Source: an uncultured delta proteobacterium (GTDB lineage: Bacteria; Desulfobacterota; RBG-13-43-22). From it: a stretch of DNA of 64,000 nucleotides. Positions within the stretch are counted from its first letter, which is position 1. Each line of letters starts with the position of its first letter. The notes under the pieces are model-generated. The model ran no database searches. It worked only from the letters and a program-made list of their open reading frames with translations, and was not told the DNA's origin. The stretch covers positions 1-64,000 of the forward strand of contig CAWBOS010000015.1 in the NCBI GenBank assembly GCA_963790475.1, in the 5' to 3' direction. The position numbers were made by a program, and so were the translations under genes. This document shows, one piece after another, positions 20,313 through 32,185 of this stretch.

Positions 20313-22296
20313 GTGATCACTTTGTTCCCTAACATAACCGCAACTTTAAACAAATGGTTTATTCTCATCATAACCGGTTCGCTTTTAGTGGTTGCCCTTG
20401 GGTCTCCGGGCTGGGCCCAGGAAAAAATCGCCCGCTTCCCCCCGCTTCCGCATCATTATATCACGATCAAGGTCTTTGACAACCAGGGAAGGTTCGTGGG
20501 CCGGATCCTCCCGGAAAAAAGATATTGGGTATCTATCGATCGAATTCCCCTCTTTCTGCAAAAGGCCCTGGTGGCTATTGAAGACGCCCGTTTTTATGAG
20601 CATAAAGGTATCGATATCCGGGGGCTGGCCCGGGCCCTGATTAAAGACGTGGTCAAGGGCAAAATGGTCCAGGGAGGTTCAACCATTACCCAACAGTTGA
20701 TAAAGAATAAATATCTTACCGGGGAAAAAACCATTCAGAGGAAGGTCAAGGAAGGCCTTCTGGCCATGGAATACGAACGCAAGTACAGCAAAAGTCAGAT
20801 CTTGGAAATGTACTTCAATGAACTCTTTTTCGGAAACGGGGCCTGGGGCATCGGCCAGGCCGCCCAACTTTATTTTGATAAAAACCCGGAGGAATTGAAC
20901 GAAGCCGAATGCGCCCTGTTGGCCGGAGTTCCCAAGGCCCCGACGCGGTATAATCCTTTGGGAGAACCGGCCAAAATCCGTGACCGGAGAAACCTGGTTC
21001 TGCAACGCATGGTGGAACTCAAAATGATCCCGCCGTCAGAGGGAGAAAAATTGAAGAAGCATATCCTTTCGGTCATCAAACCGGGAGAAGCCCCCTATTA
21101 CCTGGCCCATCTTCGAAGCAAACTGATCGAGCGGTATGGACCGGAGGTCGTCGAACAGGGCGGTCTGGAAGTAACCACTGCTATGGATCTGCCCTTGCAA
21201 AGACTGGCTGAAAAGGTTTTAAGCGAAGGGGTTAGACGAATTTCCCCCGGGTTGCAGGGCGCTTTGATGTGCCTGGATCCCTAACACCGGGGATGTCCTG
21301 GCCACCGTCGGAGGAGTGGATTTTAAACAGAACCCCTATAATCGCGCCTATTTTGCCAAGCGGCAGCCCGGCTCGGCCATTAAACCCCTCATTTATGCCG
21401 CCGCTTTGGATAAAGGGATAGTTGCCAGCTCCCTTTGGAATGATAACCCGGTAGCTTATAATAAAGGCAATCATGAATTATGGAAGCCCTTAAACTATGA
21501 AAGAAAACTCTACGGGGAGCTTACGCTTAGACAGGCTCTGGCCTACTCCAACAACATTATTACCGTAAAATTGTTGGATACTATCGGTGTCCCCTATTTC
21601 GTCAACTTTGCCGGTTCGCTGGGCCTTTCTTTGCGCTCTCCCAATGACCTCTCCCTGGCCCTGGGGACGGAAGAGGTGACTTTAAATGACCTGATATTAG
21701 CTTACACCCCCCTGGCCAACGGCGGCCTGCGACCCGAAACCAGAATCATTGTCCGCATCTTTGACCGAATTCACAATACCTGGCTTGAAAATAATCCCGT
21801 AGTCAATCCCGTCCTTTCTCCGGCCACCGCCTACGTGACCACCCAGATGCTAAAGGATGTACTGATTTACGGTACGGGCAAATCCATCCACACCTTCAGC
21901 GAGGACCGACCGGCCGCCGGTAAAACAGGGACGACGGATGATTATCGGGATGCCTGGTTTATCGGCTATACCCCCCAGGTGATAACCGGTGTCTGGGTGG
22001 GTTATGACAAACCCAGACCCGGAGGAAAAGGTTTTACCGGAGGGGCGGTCTGTGCCCCGATCTGGGCCCGTTTTATGCGCTCGGCTCTGGCAGATAAACC
22101 GGTGATTGATTTTCCTCGACCGGACACGGTGGTATCGGCTTTGATTGACCCTACCACCGGCTATTTAGCTAACCAGGATTGCCCGATAAAACAGGACGAA
22201 TTTTATATCGGAGGGACCCAACCGACCGAATATTGCCCGAAACATGACGGGGAGAATCTCAAGCCCCTGCCGTCTGAACCACCATTATCCAAGTAA
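20313..22296 (+). CDS. Class A penicillin-binding protein (PBP1A family), one +1 frameshift near 21280
   Basis: Transglycosylase EDARFYEH, GGSTITQQ, RKVKE; transpeptidase SAIK, SNN, KTG; removing one C in GATCCC gives DPNTGDV continuity; span is 3n+1. Confidence 0.85.
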
Positions 22297-22466
22297 TTCT
22301 CATTCTTTCTTATTCTGTTCGGCGGAAGCCGGTATGGGATTGAACAAAAATAATTCTCTCGGCGATCTTTGCGGCTTTACGGTGAATAAGAACTCTCTTC
22401 TCAAATACCCAAAGTGTTACCAATAACCAAGAATGTCGTAAAAATCCGGCTTCATTCCCTTCCCAT

Positions 22467-24240
22467 TCACATCCCGGCCAGTTTGCACTCTTTGATATAG
22501 CATTCAATCCCTTTGACCAGACCCTCGACAATTTGGTCCAGGTACTCATCCTGGCCTAAACGTTCCCTTTCCCGGTCATTGGAAATAAAAGAGCTTTCAA
22601 CCAAAATGGAGGGCATCTGGGCGCCGATCAGGACGTAGAAAGGGGCCTGCTTGACCCCCAGATTTTTTACCGGGAAATATTTTTCACTTACGGCCTGGAC
22701 AACACTTTGTTGAATATGACCCGCCAGACGGGAAGATTCATCGATCTTGGAATTAAGCATCAGGTCCTTGAGTGTTTTTTGCAGATCACTGATCCGCTTG
22801 GTTGAGGTGGCATTTTCATAGGCCGCCACCCGCATGGATTCCTCATCAGTGGTCAGGTTTAAGAAATAGGTTTCAAAACCTTCTGCCTGGGGATTGGGGC
22901 TGGCGTTGATATGGATAGAGACAAAAAGGTCGGCATGCTTGGTATTGGCTATGGCTGTTCTTTCTTCCAGAGGAATGAAACGATCCGAATCCCGGGTCAA
23001 TAGAACCTCCAGGTCGAGGTCTTGTTTAATCCGTTGGGCTAATTTTATGCCAATCTTAAGGTTTAGATCCTTTTCGTGTAAACCGTTCTTGCCGCTGGCC
23101 CCTTTGTCTTTTCCGCCATGACCGGGATCAATGACAATCCGTCTTACCCCCAAACCCAACTGCTGGGCCAGGGAAAGTTTCTTTTCCTTGCCGGGAGGTT
23201 CAATAGGCTGAGCCAAAGTTTTTTCTTTTCCGGAGACATCGACAATCAACCGGAAAGGGTTTTCCAGGAAAAATATTTTATATCCTTTAATGCTTTCAAT
23301 ATCCAGGACCAAACGAACGGTGGTAGCGTTATACTGACCAATCCGGGCGCCCCTTAGAAGCCCGTCCTGAATAGTCAAAGGTGAAGTACCTAAGGCCAAC
23401 CGGGCCGGATAGAGGTCCAGATACAACCTTTCCGGTTTTTCGATCGTCGGATCTTTCTTAAGCAGTCTCTGGCGATAAGAGACCTTACCTTCAACATCCA
23501 CCGCGACGCGGGTATAAAGAGGGGTCGACCAATGGCGCAGGCCGGTAACTTGCGGATAGGTTTTCCCCGGGTTTTCTGTCACGGCCGGGGCCGTTTTCTC
23601 GTCCTTTGATTCCTCTTCTTTGAACAGATCGGTTTTATCCGCTTCGGATAACGGGTTGCTTTTTTCCAGCTTCGGCAACAATTCTTCGGCCCGCTTTCTC
23701 ATGTCCCCTTTGGGATAGGTTTTTATCAAATAAAGGGTCGTTTCGCGGGCCTTTTCCAAGTTTTTCTTATACAGAAAATAAATTTCGGCTGATAAATAAA
23801 GGGCGTCGTCGGCCAGGGTGCTTTGCGGATAATGATTGACAAAACGTGAAAAATGATCGAGGGCCAGGTCCAGATCGGATTCCATCCCTGACCATTGATA
23901 AAGAGCGTAGGCAACCCGTCCCTCCATAAACATGGATTTTTCTCCCCAAATGGTCTGAGGATGCTGCTTATAGATCTCCATAAATCCATCGAGCAGGGGC
24001 TGCCAATGTCTGGCGCTGCGTCTTTTGAGGAGACTTGTCGAGGGCGAAGAAGGCCTCCCGCGTCTGGTTGTATTTGGTTTCAATTTCATTATCCAGCGTA
24101 GCGGATCGGACCTGATTGGTCGCTCCCCCAAAAACCAAAATGGCCCCTACGAGAATGAGGGTCAGATCGAATCGAAACCGCTTCGAACGAAAAAACAGTT
24201 CGGCTTTCTTTGCCAGGTGTTCGACAAAATCAATGATCAT
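22467..24240 (-). CDS. N-acetylmuramoyl-L-alanine amidase (AmiC-like, TPR + AMIN + Amidase_3), one +1 frameshift near 24025
   Basis: IDPGHGGKD, EKDLNL, SIHIN, LVESSFISN; TM/signal N-terminus lies in ORF 23968-24240; span is 3n+1. Confidence 0.85.
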
Positions 24241-24299
24241 ACTTTGTAGTTACCCCGAAAGGCATTAGGGTTTAAAATAATGGGCTTTTGCCAAAGGCT

Positions 24300-26923
24300 C
24301 TATTGATTTTCAATAAGTTCCTTCAACTCCTTTAAAGTCAAAAGGGCTTGCAGAGGACTTAATTCATCGATGGATAGCGCTTTAACTCTTTCCTGAAGTC
24401 TCTGCACACCCCCTGAAAAAAGTTCCATCTGGGCCGGATGAGAACCTCTTCCCCGGCTGGAAGAAGCCAGGGCGGGGAAACCCCAGAAATCCAGTTCCCC
24501 TTTTTCCAGGTTTTTCAGGACCTCCTGGGCCCTTTCAATAACCCGGAGGGGAATACCGGCCAACCTGGCCACCTGAATCCCATAGCTTCGACTCGTGCCC
24601 CCCTCTTGCAGCTTCCTTAAAAAAATGATCTGCTGGTTATACTCTTTTACCGAGACATGATAGTTCTTAACCTTTTTTTTGGTCTGGGTCAAGTCGGTCA
24701 ATTCATGGTAATGGGTGGCAAAAAGCGTTTTAACCCCTTTTCCTTTTAAATCATGCAGAAATTCGGCCACGGCCCAGGCAATGCTAAGACCGTCGAAGGT
24801 ACTGGTTCCTCTTCCGATTTCATCCAGCAAGACCAGGCTGCGTTCTGTGGCCTGGTGAAGGATCTGGGCTGTTTCCTGCATTTCAACCATAAAGGTACTT
24901 TGGCCGGAGGAAAGATCGTCCGAGGCCCCTACCCGGGTAAAGATCTGATCGATCAGACCGATCTCCGCCCTTTCTGCCGGGACAAAGGAACCCATCTGGG
25001 CCATCAGACAAATCAGGGCCGCCTGGCGAAGGATCGTGGATTTTCCGGCCATATTGGGACCGGTAATGATGATCATTTGTTGTTCTTCATTATCCATATC
25101 GATGGAATTGGGGACAAAACGCTGGGCCGGTAGATTCTTTTCAATAACCGGATGCCTGCTTTCCTTTAAAGAAATGGTTTCGCTTTCATTAAGGAATGGT
25201 TTCTGATATCTATTTTCCTGGGCGGTTTGGGCTAATGAAGTAAGGACATCCAGATCGGACAAAAGTCCGGCTGTTTTTTGTAATCGGGGGCTTTCCCGGG
25301 CCACCTGACGGCAGACCTCATGAAAGAGTTCCACCTCCAGTTGCCACCGTTTTTCTTCGGCCTCTAAAACCAGGATTTCATATTCTTTGAGTTCCGGGGT
25401 CAGGAATCGTTCGCCGTTAACCAAGGTTTGTTTTCGCTGATAGTCGGCGGGAACCGAAGGAGAGATTGGGTCGTGAGACCTCGATATAATAACCGAAGAC
25501 CCGGTTATAACCTATCTTCAGGGAATTGATGCCGGTCCGTTTTCTCTCCTGGGCTTCCAAGGTGGCAATCCATTCTTTTCCTTCCCGGCTGACCGTCAAA
25601 TACTGGTCTAATTGGGCATGATACCCCAAACGGATAATCCGGGCCTCTTTATCTTTCCAGTTTAAGGACGGTTCATCCAGAACCGCCCGGGAAATAAGAT
25701 CGGTCACTTCGGGCAAGGGATCCATTTCTGTCCCGATTTCTTTCAACCGGGGATGGGCACTCTCCTCCAGGATCCGGCCGATGGCCGGCAAATGGGCCAG
25801 GGAATTTTTTAAGGCCACCAAGTCCCGTGGGCCGGCCTGGTTCAGGCAGACCTTGGCCACCAATCGTTCAATGTCATAGATTTCCTTGAGATGAGAACGA
25901 ATGGCCTGGCGCAGGATGGGATCTTCAAAAAAGGCCTCTACCAGATCCTGACGCCGGCGGATCTTTTCCAGATCCAGCAGAGGATAGTTAAGCCAGTATT
26001 TAAGTTTTCGACTGCCCATGGCCGTCATGGTCTGGTCGAGTATGGAAATCAGAGACCCTTGACGGGTTCCCCGATATAAGGTCTGGGTCAGTTCCAGATG
26101 CCTTTGGGTGGTTTCGGACAGGATCATGTATTGAGAAAGATGATAAACCTGCAGGGGTTGAAGGTGAGATACACTCCCCTTCTGGGTTTCCATCAGATAA
26201 AAAAGCAAAGCCCCGGCGGCCCGCAGCCCTTCGGTCAGAGTCCCGGCCCCGAAACCGGCCAGAGAATGGATTTCATAATGTTTGATCAGCAGGTCTTTGG
26301 CCCGGCCCAGTTCGAAAGTCCCTTCCTCCCCATAGGACAAAAAATAAGAGGCCAGCTTTCCCAGAATGGATTGGGAGGAAGGGTTTTGTTTGACTGCACG
26401 GGAAAGAAGGATTTCCGAGGGGTTGATCCGGCCGATCTCCTCCAAGGCCTTTTCCGGGTCGGTGACCTCCGTTACCCGGAATTCTCCGGTAGATAAATCC
26501 ACCGAGGCCAGACCGAACCGTGTTTCCTGATAGGACAAGGCCTAACAGGTAGCGGTTGCTTTTATTGGAGGTGTCATCGATATAGAGTCCCGGGGTGATC
26601 AGCCGGGTCACTTCACGGCGCACGATTCCCTGAGCCTGGGCCGGGTCTTCGACTTGCTCGCACAGAGCCACCTTATAGCCTTTTTCCACTAAACGGGAAA
26701 TATATCCGGAAACGGCGTGAATCGGGACCCCGCACATGGGGACCTGGTCCTTCAGTTCTCCTTTGTGGCGGGAGGTCAAGGTAATCTCTAAGATCCGTGA
26801 AGCTAATAAGGCGTCTTCATAGAACATCTCAAAAAAATCTCCCAGCTGATAAAAAAGCACAAAATCCTGGTATCTTTCCTTGATCTCCAGATATTGTTCC
26901 AGCATGGGAGTGATTTTAGTCAT
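24300..26923 (-). CDS. mutS: DNA mismatch repair protein MutS, split into three ORFs by two +1 frameshifts (about 26540 and 25460)
   Basis: [55 protein letters not shown]; span is 3n+2. Confidence 0.92.
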
Positions 26924-26938
26924 AAACGAGAGAGAAAA

Positions 26939-27379
26939 TCAGGAATGCTGAGGGGAGTTTTTCTCCGGCGGGGAATCCGTTTTTTTGAACAGAGGAACAG
27001 AGGAAACAATGGTCCCCTCGTCAGGTTTTTTCTTTGGTTGGGCCTCCTGCCTTGGCTCTTGCCGGGGTTCTTTTTGGGGTTCCGGCTTGGACTCTTTCTT
27101 CAATTCCGGTTTGGGCTCGGGCCGGGCGCTCTTTAATTGTTTTATTTCCCTGGACAGACGACGACGTTTCCCCCACCCGTAAATCGTAGCCAGGAAAAGT
27201 CCCAAGAAGAAGAAGAGTGGTACCGCTAAGAATAAGGGCAAGGGGACTGACATCAGCGACAGAAAACCCAGGTTCAACCGAAGAACGACACTATAGGTCA
27301 AAGTGGAATAATTTTGAAGGATAAAGATGGAAAAAAGCACAACAAGGAGACCATAGAAACACAGCTTTATGGTTCGCAT
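26939..27379 (-). CDS. lapA: LapA/DUF1049-family membrane protein with Pro/Glu/Lys-rich tail
   Basis: TM-FILQN...TM-basic coiled coil pattern; AAGGAGG RBS. Confidence 0.7.
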   Translation of the reverse strand: MRTIKLCFYGLLVVLFSIFILQNYSTLTYSVVLRLNLGFLSLMSVPLPLFLAVPLFFFLGLFLATIYGWGKRRRLSREIKQLKSARPEPKPELKKESKPEPQKEPRQEPRQEAQPKKKPDEGTIVSSVPLFKKTDSPPEKNSPQHS

Positions 27380-27380
27380 G

Positions 27381-27872
27381 TCAATCCTCCTTAACCTCCT
27401 GGAAAAAAGGAAGCAGTCTGGCGTAGGTTTGTTCCATGTGTTCGGGGATAACCCGGACATCCTCCAAGACAGTCATAAAATTGGTGTCCCCATTCCAGCG
27501 GGGCACAATATGAAAATGGAGATGATCTTCAACCCCGGCCCCGGCCACTTTTCCCAGATTCAGGCCCACGTTGAATCCTTCGGCTTTCATCTTTTTCTTT
27601 AATATGGACACTGAATGACCGACCGTGGTCATCAAGGCTGCTTTTTCGGTCTCTTCCAGTTGATCCAGGGCGCTTACATGCCTTAAGGGGGCTACCAGCA
27701 GATGGCCGTTGATATAAGGATATTTATTCATCATGACCAAGGTTTGGTTTCCCATAAAAAGGATGAATCGTTCCGCCAGATTTTCTTTTTCCCCGGGACA
27801 AAAGATGCAACCGCTTTGTTTGGTATTATTTAATATATAATCCATTCGCCAGGGGGCCCACAAGACATTCAT
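27381..27872 (-). CDS. HIT-family hydrolase (Ap4A phosphorylase-like)
   Basis: LWAPWRMDY, CIFC, NKYPYINGH, HLHFHIVPRW. Confidence 0.92.
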   Translation of the reverse strand: MNVLWAPWRMDYILNNTKQSGCIFCPGEKENLAERFILFMGNQTLVMMNKYPYINGHLLVAPLRHVSALDQLEETEKAALMTTVGHSVSILKKKMKAEGFNVGLNLGKVAGAGVEDHLHFHIVPRWNGDTNFMTVLEDVRVIPEHMEQTYARLLPFFQEVKED

Positions 27873-28250
27873 CTCTCAATCCTTTTTTTCGTTCTAAACC
27901 TTCAGTCCCGCTTTCGGCGGATTCCTTGAACCCTGAGAATTTTTCAAGATCTTCCTTTTTTTCAAAGAGTATAAAATAAGCCTAAAGGGGGGTCAAGGAG
28001 AAAAAGTAAGGCATGATAAGAGTTGGTGTTTTTGGGACTGTTAGCCCCGGGATGAGGAGGCCTTATTGAGTATTGAACGATTTAGGGTCACAAAAATAGG
28101 GGCAGCCAGTTTTAGAAAAATACTGACGACAGGCAATTCGACAATCCTTGGATAAGCGGATTCATGGGTATCCCGTGACGGGGCATTAGGCTGAGTATCT
28201 GAAAATCATTCTAATATAATTACCCCCGTCTTTGCGGCCCTGGGAGTCTC

Positions 28251-29489
28251 CTATTTGATTTTCCGGAGGGCTGGAATAAAGAAAAGAATTAGAAAGGTGA
28301 TGCCAATGCAGGTAAGGGCAATAACCGCCAGACCTGATTGCGGACCTAATGATTCGGCAAGGCCGCCGGCTAAAACAGCCCCGACCGAAACAAAACCCCT
28401 ATCAAGGCTCATAAGACTCAAAACACGTCCGTGGAATTTAGGCGGCGACTGTTCGAATAATAGAGAGATGTTTAATGAATTATAGGCGGTTGTCATACAG
28501 CCGGCGATGATGAGGGCAATGGCGGAAAGGCTGACCCACCGGCTCTGGGAAAGGAGCACCAGGGCTAACCCGAAGACCACGATAAAGCTCATTAGGATCA
28601 AACCCCGCCGGGGCAATTGTCGGATGGAGGCCATGGTAAGAGAGCCGATGAGGGCCCCCACCCCGGTAAGGGCCAGCATCCACCCGGCACCGGAACGTCC
28701 GATATGCAGGACATTAAGGGCCAGGAGAGGCACGAATACCTGTTGATAGGGCAGGCCGATTACGAAAATGATCAGGGCCATACCGACCAGGTAGAGTACG
28801 CAGCGGTGAGCGGCCATATAGCGAAATCCCTCCTGCAGGTCATGAAGGATGGAAGTCTTTTTAGCCTCTTCGGTCTCTTCCACCGTTAAACCGGAGGATA
28901 GCTTATTTCCCACCAAGGTAATCCTGGCGGTCGTCCAGATAACATAAATAAAAATAATGGCGTTTAACAGGTAGACCTCTCCATAATCAAGAAAAATAAG
29001 CAACCCTCCGGCCAAACCGGCTCCCAATACCCGCATGGTATTCATGGCGGCGGTGTTGAGGGCAACGGCATTGAGTATGAGGTCTGAAGGAACCAGGAGA
29101 GGGATCAAGGATTGTCTGGCCGGCTGGTTAAAAGCCATGGAGCCCCCGGAGACAAAAGCCGTAATGAAGACATGCCAGACTTCAATTCTTCCGAAGAGGA
29201 TAAGGATGGCGAGAATGAGGTGCATCAACATAGTGACTATTTGGCTGACCATCAGTACCCGCCGTTTGTTATACCGGTCGGCTATAACACCGGCCAGAAG
29301 TCCGAAAAGAAATTGGGGCACCATTCTCACGGCTACGACAAACCCGACTTGAAGGCCGGAGCCGGTCAATTCCAGAATAAGAAGAGGGCGCACAACCTGC
29401 TCCATCCACATCGTTGCCGAATGCCCGAGTTGGCCCAGCCAGAGATAACGGTAAGCGGGAAAGCGTAGGGCTCGGAAAGTACCAGGCAT
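28251..29489 (-). CDS. MFS transporter (DUF894/EntS-like)
   Basis: About 12 TM segments; FRALRFPAYRYLW, GVIADRYNKRR motif A, GRVLS. Confidence 0.9.
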   Translation of the reverse strand: MPGTFRALRFPAYRYLWLGQLGHSATMWMEQVVRPLLILELTGSGLQVGFVVAVRMVPQFLFGLLAGVIADRYNKRRVLMVSQIVTMLMHLILAILILFGRIEVWHVFITAFVSGGSMAFNQPARQSLIPLLVPSDLILNAVALNTAAMNTMRVLGAGLAGGLLIFLDYGEVYLLNAIIFIYVIWTTARITLVGNKLSSGLTVEETEEAKKTSILHDLQEGFRYMAAHRCVLYLVGMALIIFVIGLPYQQVFVPLLALNVLHIGRSGAGWMLALTGVGALIGSLTMASIRQLPRRGLILMSFIVVFGLALVLLSQSRWVSLSAIALIIAGCMTTAYNSLNISLLFEQSPPKFHGRVLSLMSLDRGFVSVGAVLAGGLAESLGPQSGLAVIALTCIGITFLILFFIPALRKIK

Positions 29490-29808
29490 CTTGATTCCTT
29501 TATTCTCGGGGAGTTCTTTTTTCGCAGGGTCAAGGGATCCCCCTCCGGTTTTACCCGTTCTTCGGTCAATTATGTCTGGGACCAGAAAAGATAGGTGGGA
29601 ATGGCTGGAGAACGCTTTTTAAAAACTCTTAGGATTTGATCAGAATTTCCTCTTTGACGGGATGAGTATAAAATAAGGAAAAGGGATGGTCAAGGGAATA
29701 AAGATCGCCCTGGACTCGAATGACATTTCCTTTTGAATCTTTTTCTAGGTATAATTGCCCAATTCAGTAATCTAAGAAACTACAACGCTGAATATCCTCA
29801 TAATTTTA

Positions 29809-29837
29809 TTGACAGTTTTCCTGGAAAATGCTATAAT
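29809..29837 (+). promoter_or_regulatory. Perfect sigma70 consensus promoter upstream of the redoxin operon
   Basis: TTGACA-17 nt-TATAAT; spacer contains the palindrome TTTTCCTGGAAAA. Confidence 0.75.
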
Positions 29838-30107
29838 TATTTCGTTACGATATGAAAATATCGAGTAACCTTTCAAACTTAACCCCATCGGTAGGGAATG
29901 GGATATGAAGGGAATTCTGAATATGTTCCGATAGGAAGCCCCCTGGGGTCCATATTATACTCAAGGAGGCTTTCTTTGGTTTTACCATAAAAAGCATAAG
30001 AATGAAGACGCGCTCTTGGCCATGGTCTGAGAGGACGGTAATTCAGGGTGCATCATCGGTCGAATAGTTGGTAGAATAAAAATTTACAGGGTTATGGAGG
30101 CGCTAAA

Positions 30108-30680
30108 ATGCATCTGAAAAAGTTTTCGGTTTACTTGTTGGGCCTGGTTTTCTTCATCATGACCGGTTTGCTCTGTTCAACAATCCACTCGGCAGAGCAA
30201 ATCCCAAAGGGCACAATACTGCCGGACTTTCAAATAAAGGGCCCTGATTCACCCCAAACAAAAGCTTATTTAGGGGTTAATAATGAAAAGCAATTTTATT
30301 TATCGCAAATCAAGGCGAAACTGGTATTGGTAGAATTCATTGACGTTTACTGACCCATTTGCCAAAAAAACGCCCCTGTGGTCAACAGGATATACAATTT
30401 ATTCAAAGAAGACAAAAATCTGGCTAATGACATTAAAGTGATCGCCATAGGAATTGGAACCCAACCTGAAGAAATGCCCCCCTATAAAAAGACCTTTAAA
30501 GTAGAATTTCCATTATTTATTGACCCCAAGAAAGAGATTCAAAAAAAGTTGAAAGTGGAAGCGGTTCCTCTTGCCGTACTGTTGGACAAGAAGGGCAAAG
30601 TCCTCATGAGTCACAGCGGCGTAATAGGGGACTTTGACGCTTTTGTAAGCGAGATCAAAAAAAACTATCAGGCGCGATAA
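30108..30680 (+). CDS. TlpA/ResA-like thioredoxin-fold selenoprotein (UxxC)
   Basis: Two ORF-track pieces are in frame across TGA 30351-30353: EFIDVY-U-PICQKNAP; N-terminal signal/TM, cis-Pro VEAVP; SECIS-like hairpin follows. Confidence 0.85.
30375..30389 (+). promoter_or_regulatory. Candidate bacterial SECIS hairpin
   Basis: CCTGT-GGTCA-ACAGG; G-first loop 26 nt after the UGA. Confidence 0.6.
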
Positions 30681-30752
30681 CCTGACTTTGGTGATTTGAC
30701 CGGATACGAAAAAACTCATTTCTAATTTCTTGCGGATGGTAATGAGAGAAGA

Positions 30753-31676
30753 ATGGCCGTAAACGAAGACATTGCGGATGTCCTGGCCGGAAGCCCGGTT
30801 TTTAAAGAATTACCCAGGGATGCACTGGAGGCCATCGCCGGGGTGGTTCAACCTCTGGTGGTGCCCGACAAAACGGTCATCTTCCGAGAAGGCGATCCTG
30901 GAGATTGCCTCTACATCATCCGTTCAGGGTCGGTGAGGGTCTTCAGGAAAAACGAAGATGGAATGAATTTTGACATTTCCATCAAGGGACCGGGTGAGAC
31001 CGTTGGTGAAATGGCACTCATTACCGGAGAGCCCAGGTCAGCCGACGTCGAGACGCGGGGAGAGACTCACCTGATGGTCCTTTCCAAAGAGCAACTGGAT
31101 CAAATCCTGAGAGACTTTCCCGATATCTCCAAGGTATTCGCCCGGGAGATGCGGCGCTGGCTTTTTACCGATGAAAAGCGTCTCGAGATCCAGGCCCGGG
31201 AAGTACAAAAATCCCAGCGCATGACCTGGTTTGATTTTTTACTGGTTATTGCCGTCAGCGTTATCCTGGCGACGATTTTCAATTACTCCAATCCCAACGG
31301 GATCCGTCTTTTTCCTGAATTCCCCAAAAGGAACTTAGTCCCGTCGGTCGTTCCCACAGTTGCCCTTGAAGAATTACAGCTCGGGCAAACACTCTTTTTA
31401 GATGCCAGGCCGGCCAATTTTTATCAAAAGCGCCACATTAAAGGGGCAATCAATATCCCCCTGAACATTTTCGACATCGTTTACCTGATGACCTTCCCCA
31501 AAGAAGACAAGGAGAAAAAAATCATTATCTATGGTGGCACAGTCAGCCGACTTTATGACTTGGAGCTGGCCGACAAGTTGCTCCTCCGCGGTTACAAGCA
31601 AGTCAAGATCCTGGAAGGGGGCTTGGCGGCCTGGGAGGGAAAGGGGTACCCGATGGAAGGAAGGGTTAAAGAATGA
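30753..31676 (+). CDS. Cyclic-nucleotide-binding domain + TM + rhodanese-like domain protein
   Basis: IFREGDPGD, GEMALITGEPRSA; FLDARP...HIKGAINIP, ILEGGLAAW; active-site Cys replaced (IIIYG). Confidence 0.85.
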   Translation: MAVNEDIADVLAGSPVFKELPRDALEAIAGVVQPLVVPDKTVIFREGDPGDCLYIIRSGSVRVFRKNEDGMNFDISIKGPGETVGEMALITGEPRSADVETRGETHLMVLSKEQLDQILRDFPDISKVFAREMRRWLFTDEKRLEIQAREVQKSQRMTWFDFLLVIAVSVILATIFNYSNPNGIRLFPEFPKRNLVPSVVPTVALEELQLGQTLFLDARPANFYQKRHIKGAINIPLNIFDIVYLMTFPKEDKEKKIIIYGGTVSRLYDLELADKLLLRGYKQVKILEGGLAAWEGKGYPMEGRVKE

Positions 31677-32176
31677 ATGGGGCCTACGTCAAAGGAATCC
31701 TGACCAGCAGGTATTTGGCCTTTGCCTTCAGGCTATTGGTAGGAGGTTCTTTCCTCTATGCCAGCCTAAGCAAGATCCCCTATCCGGCTCAGTTTGCGGA
31801 GGCGACCGCAAATTACCAGCTCGTGCCCTATTGGATGCTCAATCCAGGATCGTTGGTTTTACCGTGGATTGAGTTTGTCTGCGCGCTGTTCCTGATCATC
31901 GGGTTCACCTCCAGGGCTTCCGCGGTCCTTATTGGCTTATTGCTGATCATGTTCGATACCATGGTCGGGATCAACATGTACTGGGGGGCCCCCATCAGTT
32001 GCGGATGTTACGATGCGGTGGGCGAGCCTATCGGCTGGCAGAAAATTATAGAAAACGTCATATTGTTGGGCTTTACTATCCATGTCTTCTTTTTTGACCG
32101 ACTTTTCCTGTTTCGCCGGGGAGGCCGGACCGATCCGGCAAAAATCACTGTTCCTCCTTCTAACGCCTCACGATAG
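31673..32176 (+). CDS. MauE/DoxX-family membrane protein
   Basis: FLYASLSKI, LPWIEF, ISCGCY; overlaps upstream stop (ATGA). Confidence 0.85.
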   Translation: MNGAYVKGILTSRYLAFAFRLLVGGSFLYASLSKIPYPAQFAEATANYQLVPYWMLNPGSLVLPWIEFVCALFLIIGFTSRASAVLIGLLLIMFDTMVGINMYWGAPISCGCYDAVGEPIGWQKIIENVILLGFTIHVFFFDRLFLFRRGGRTDPAKITVPPSNASR

Positions 32177-32185
32177 GTGTCTTAT

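Noticed and set aside
27960-29700. Similar GAGTATAAAATAAG...AAGGG...GTCAAGG motifs flanking the MFS gene
   Set aside because: Both read as ordinary minus-strand sigma70 promoters (TTGACC-17-TATACT); too short to call a duplication or att pair
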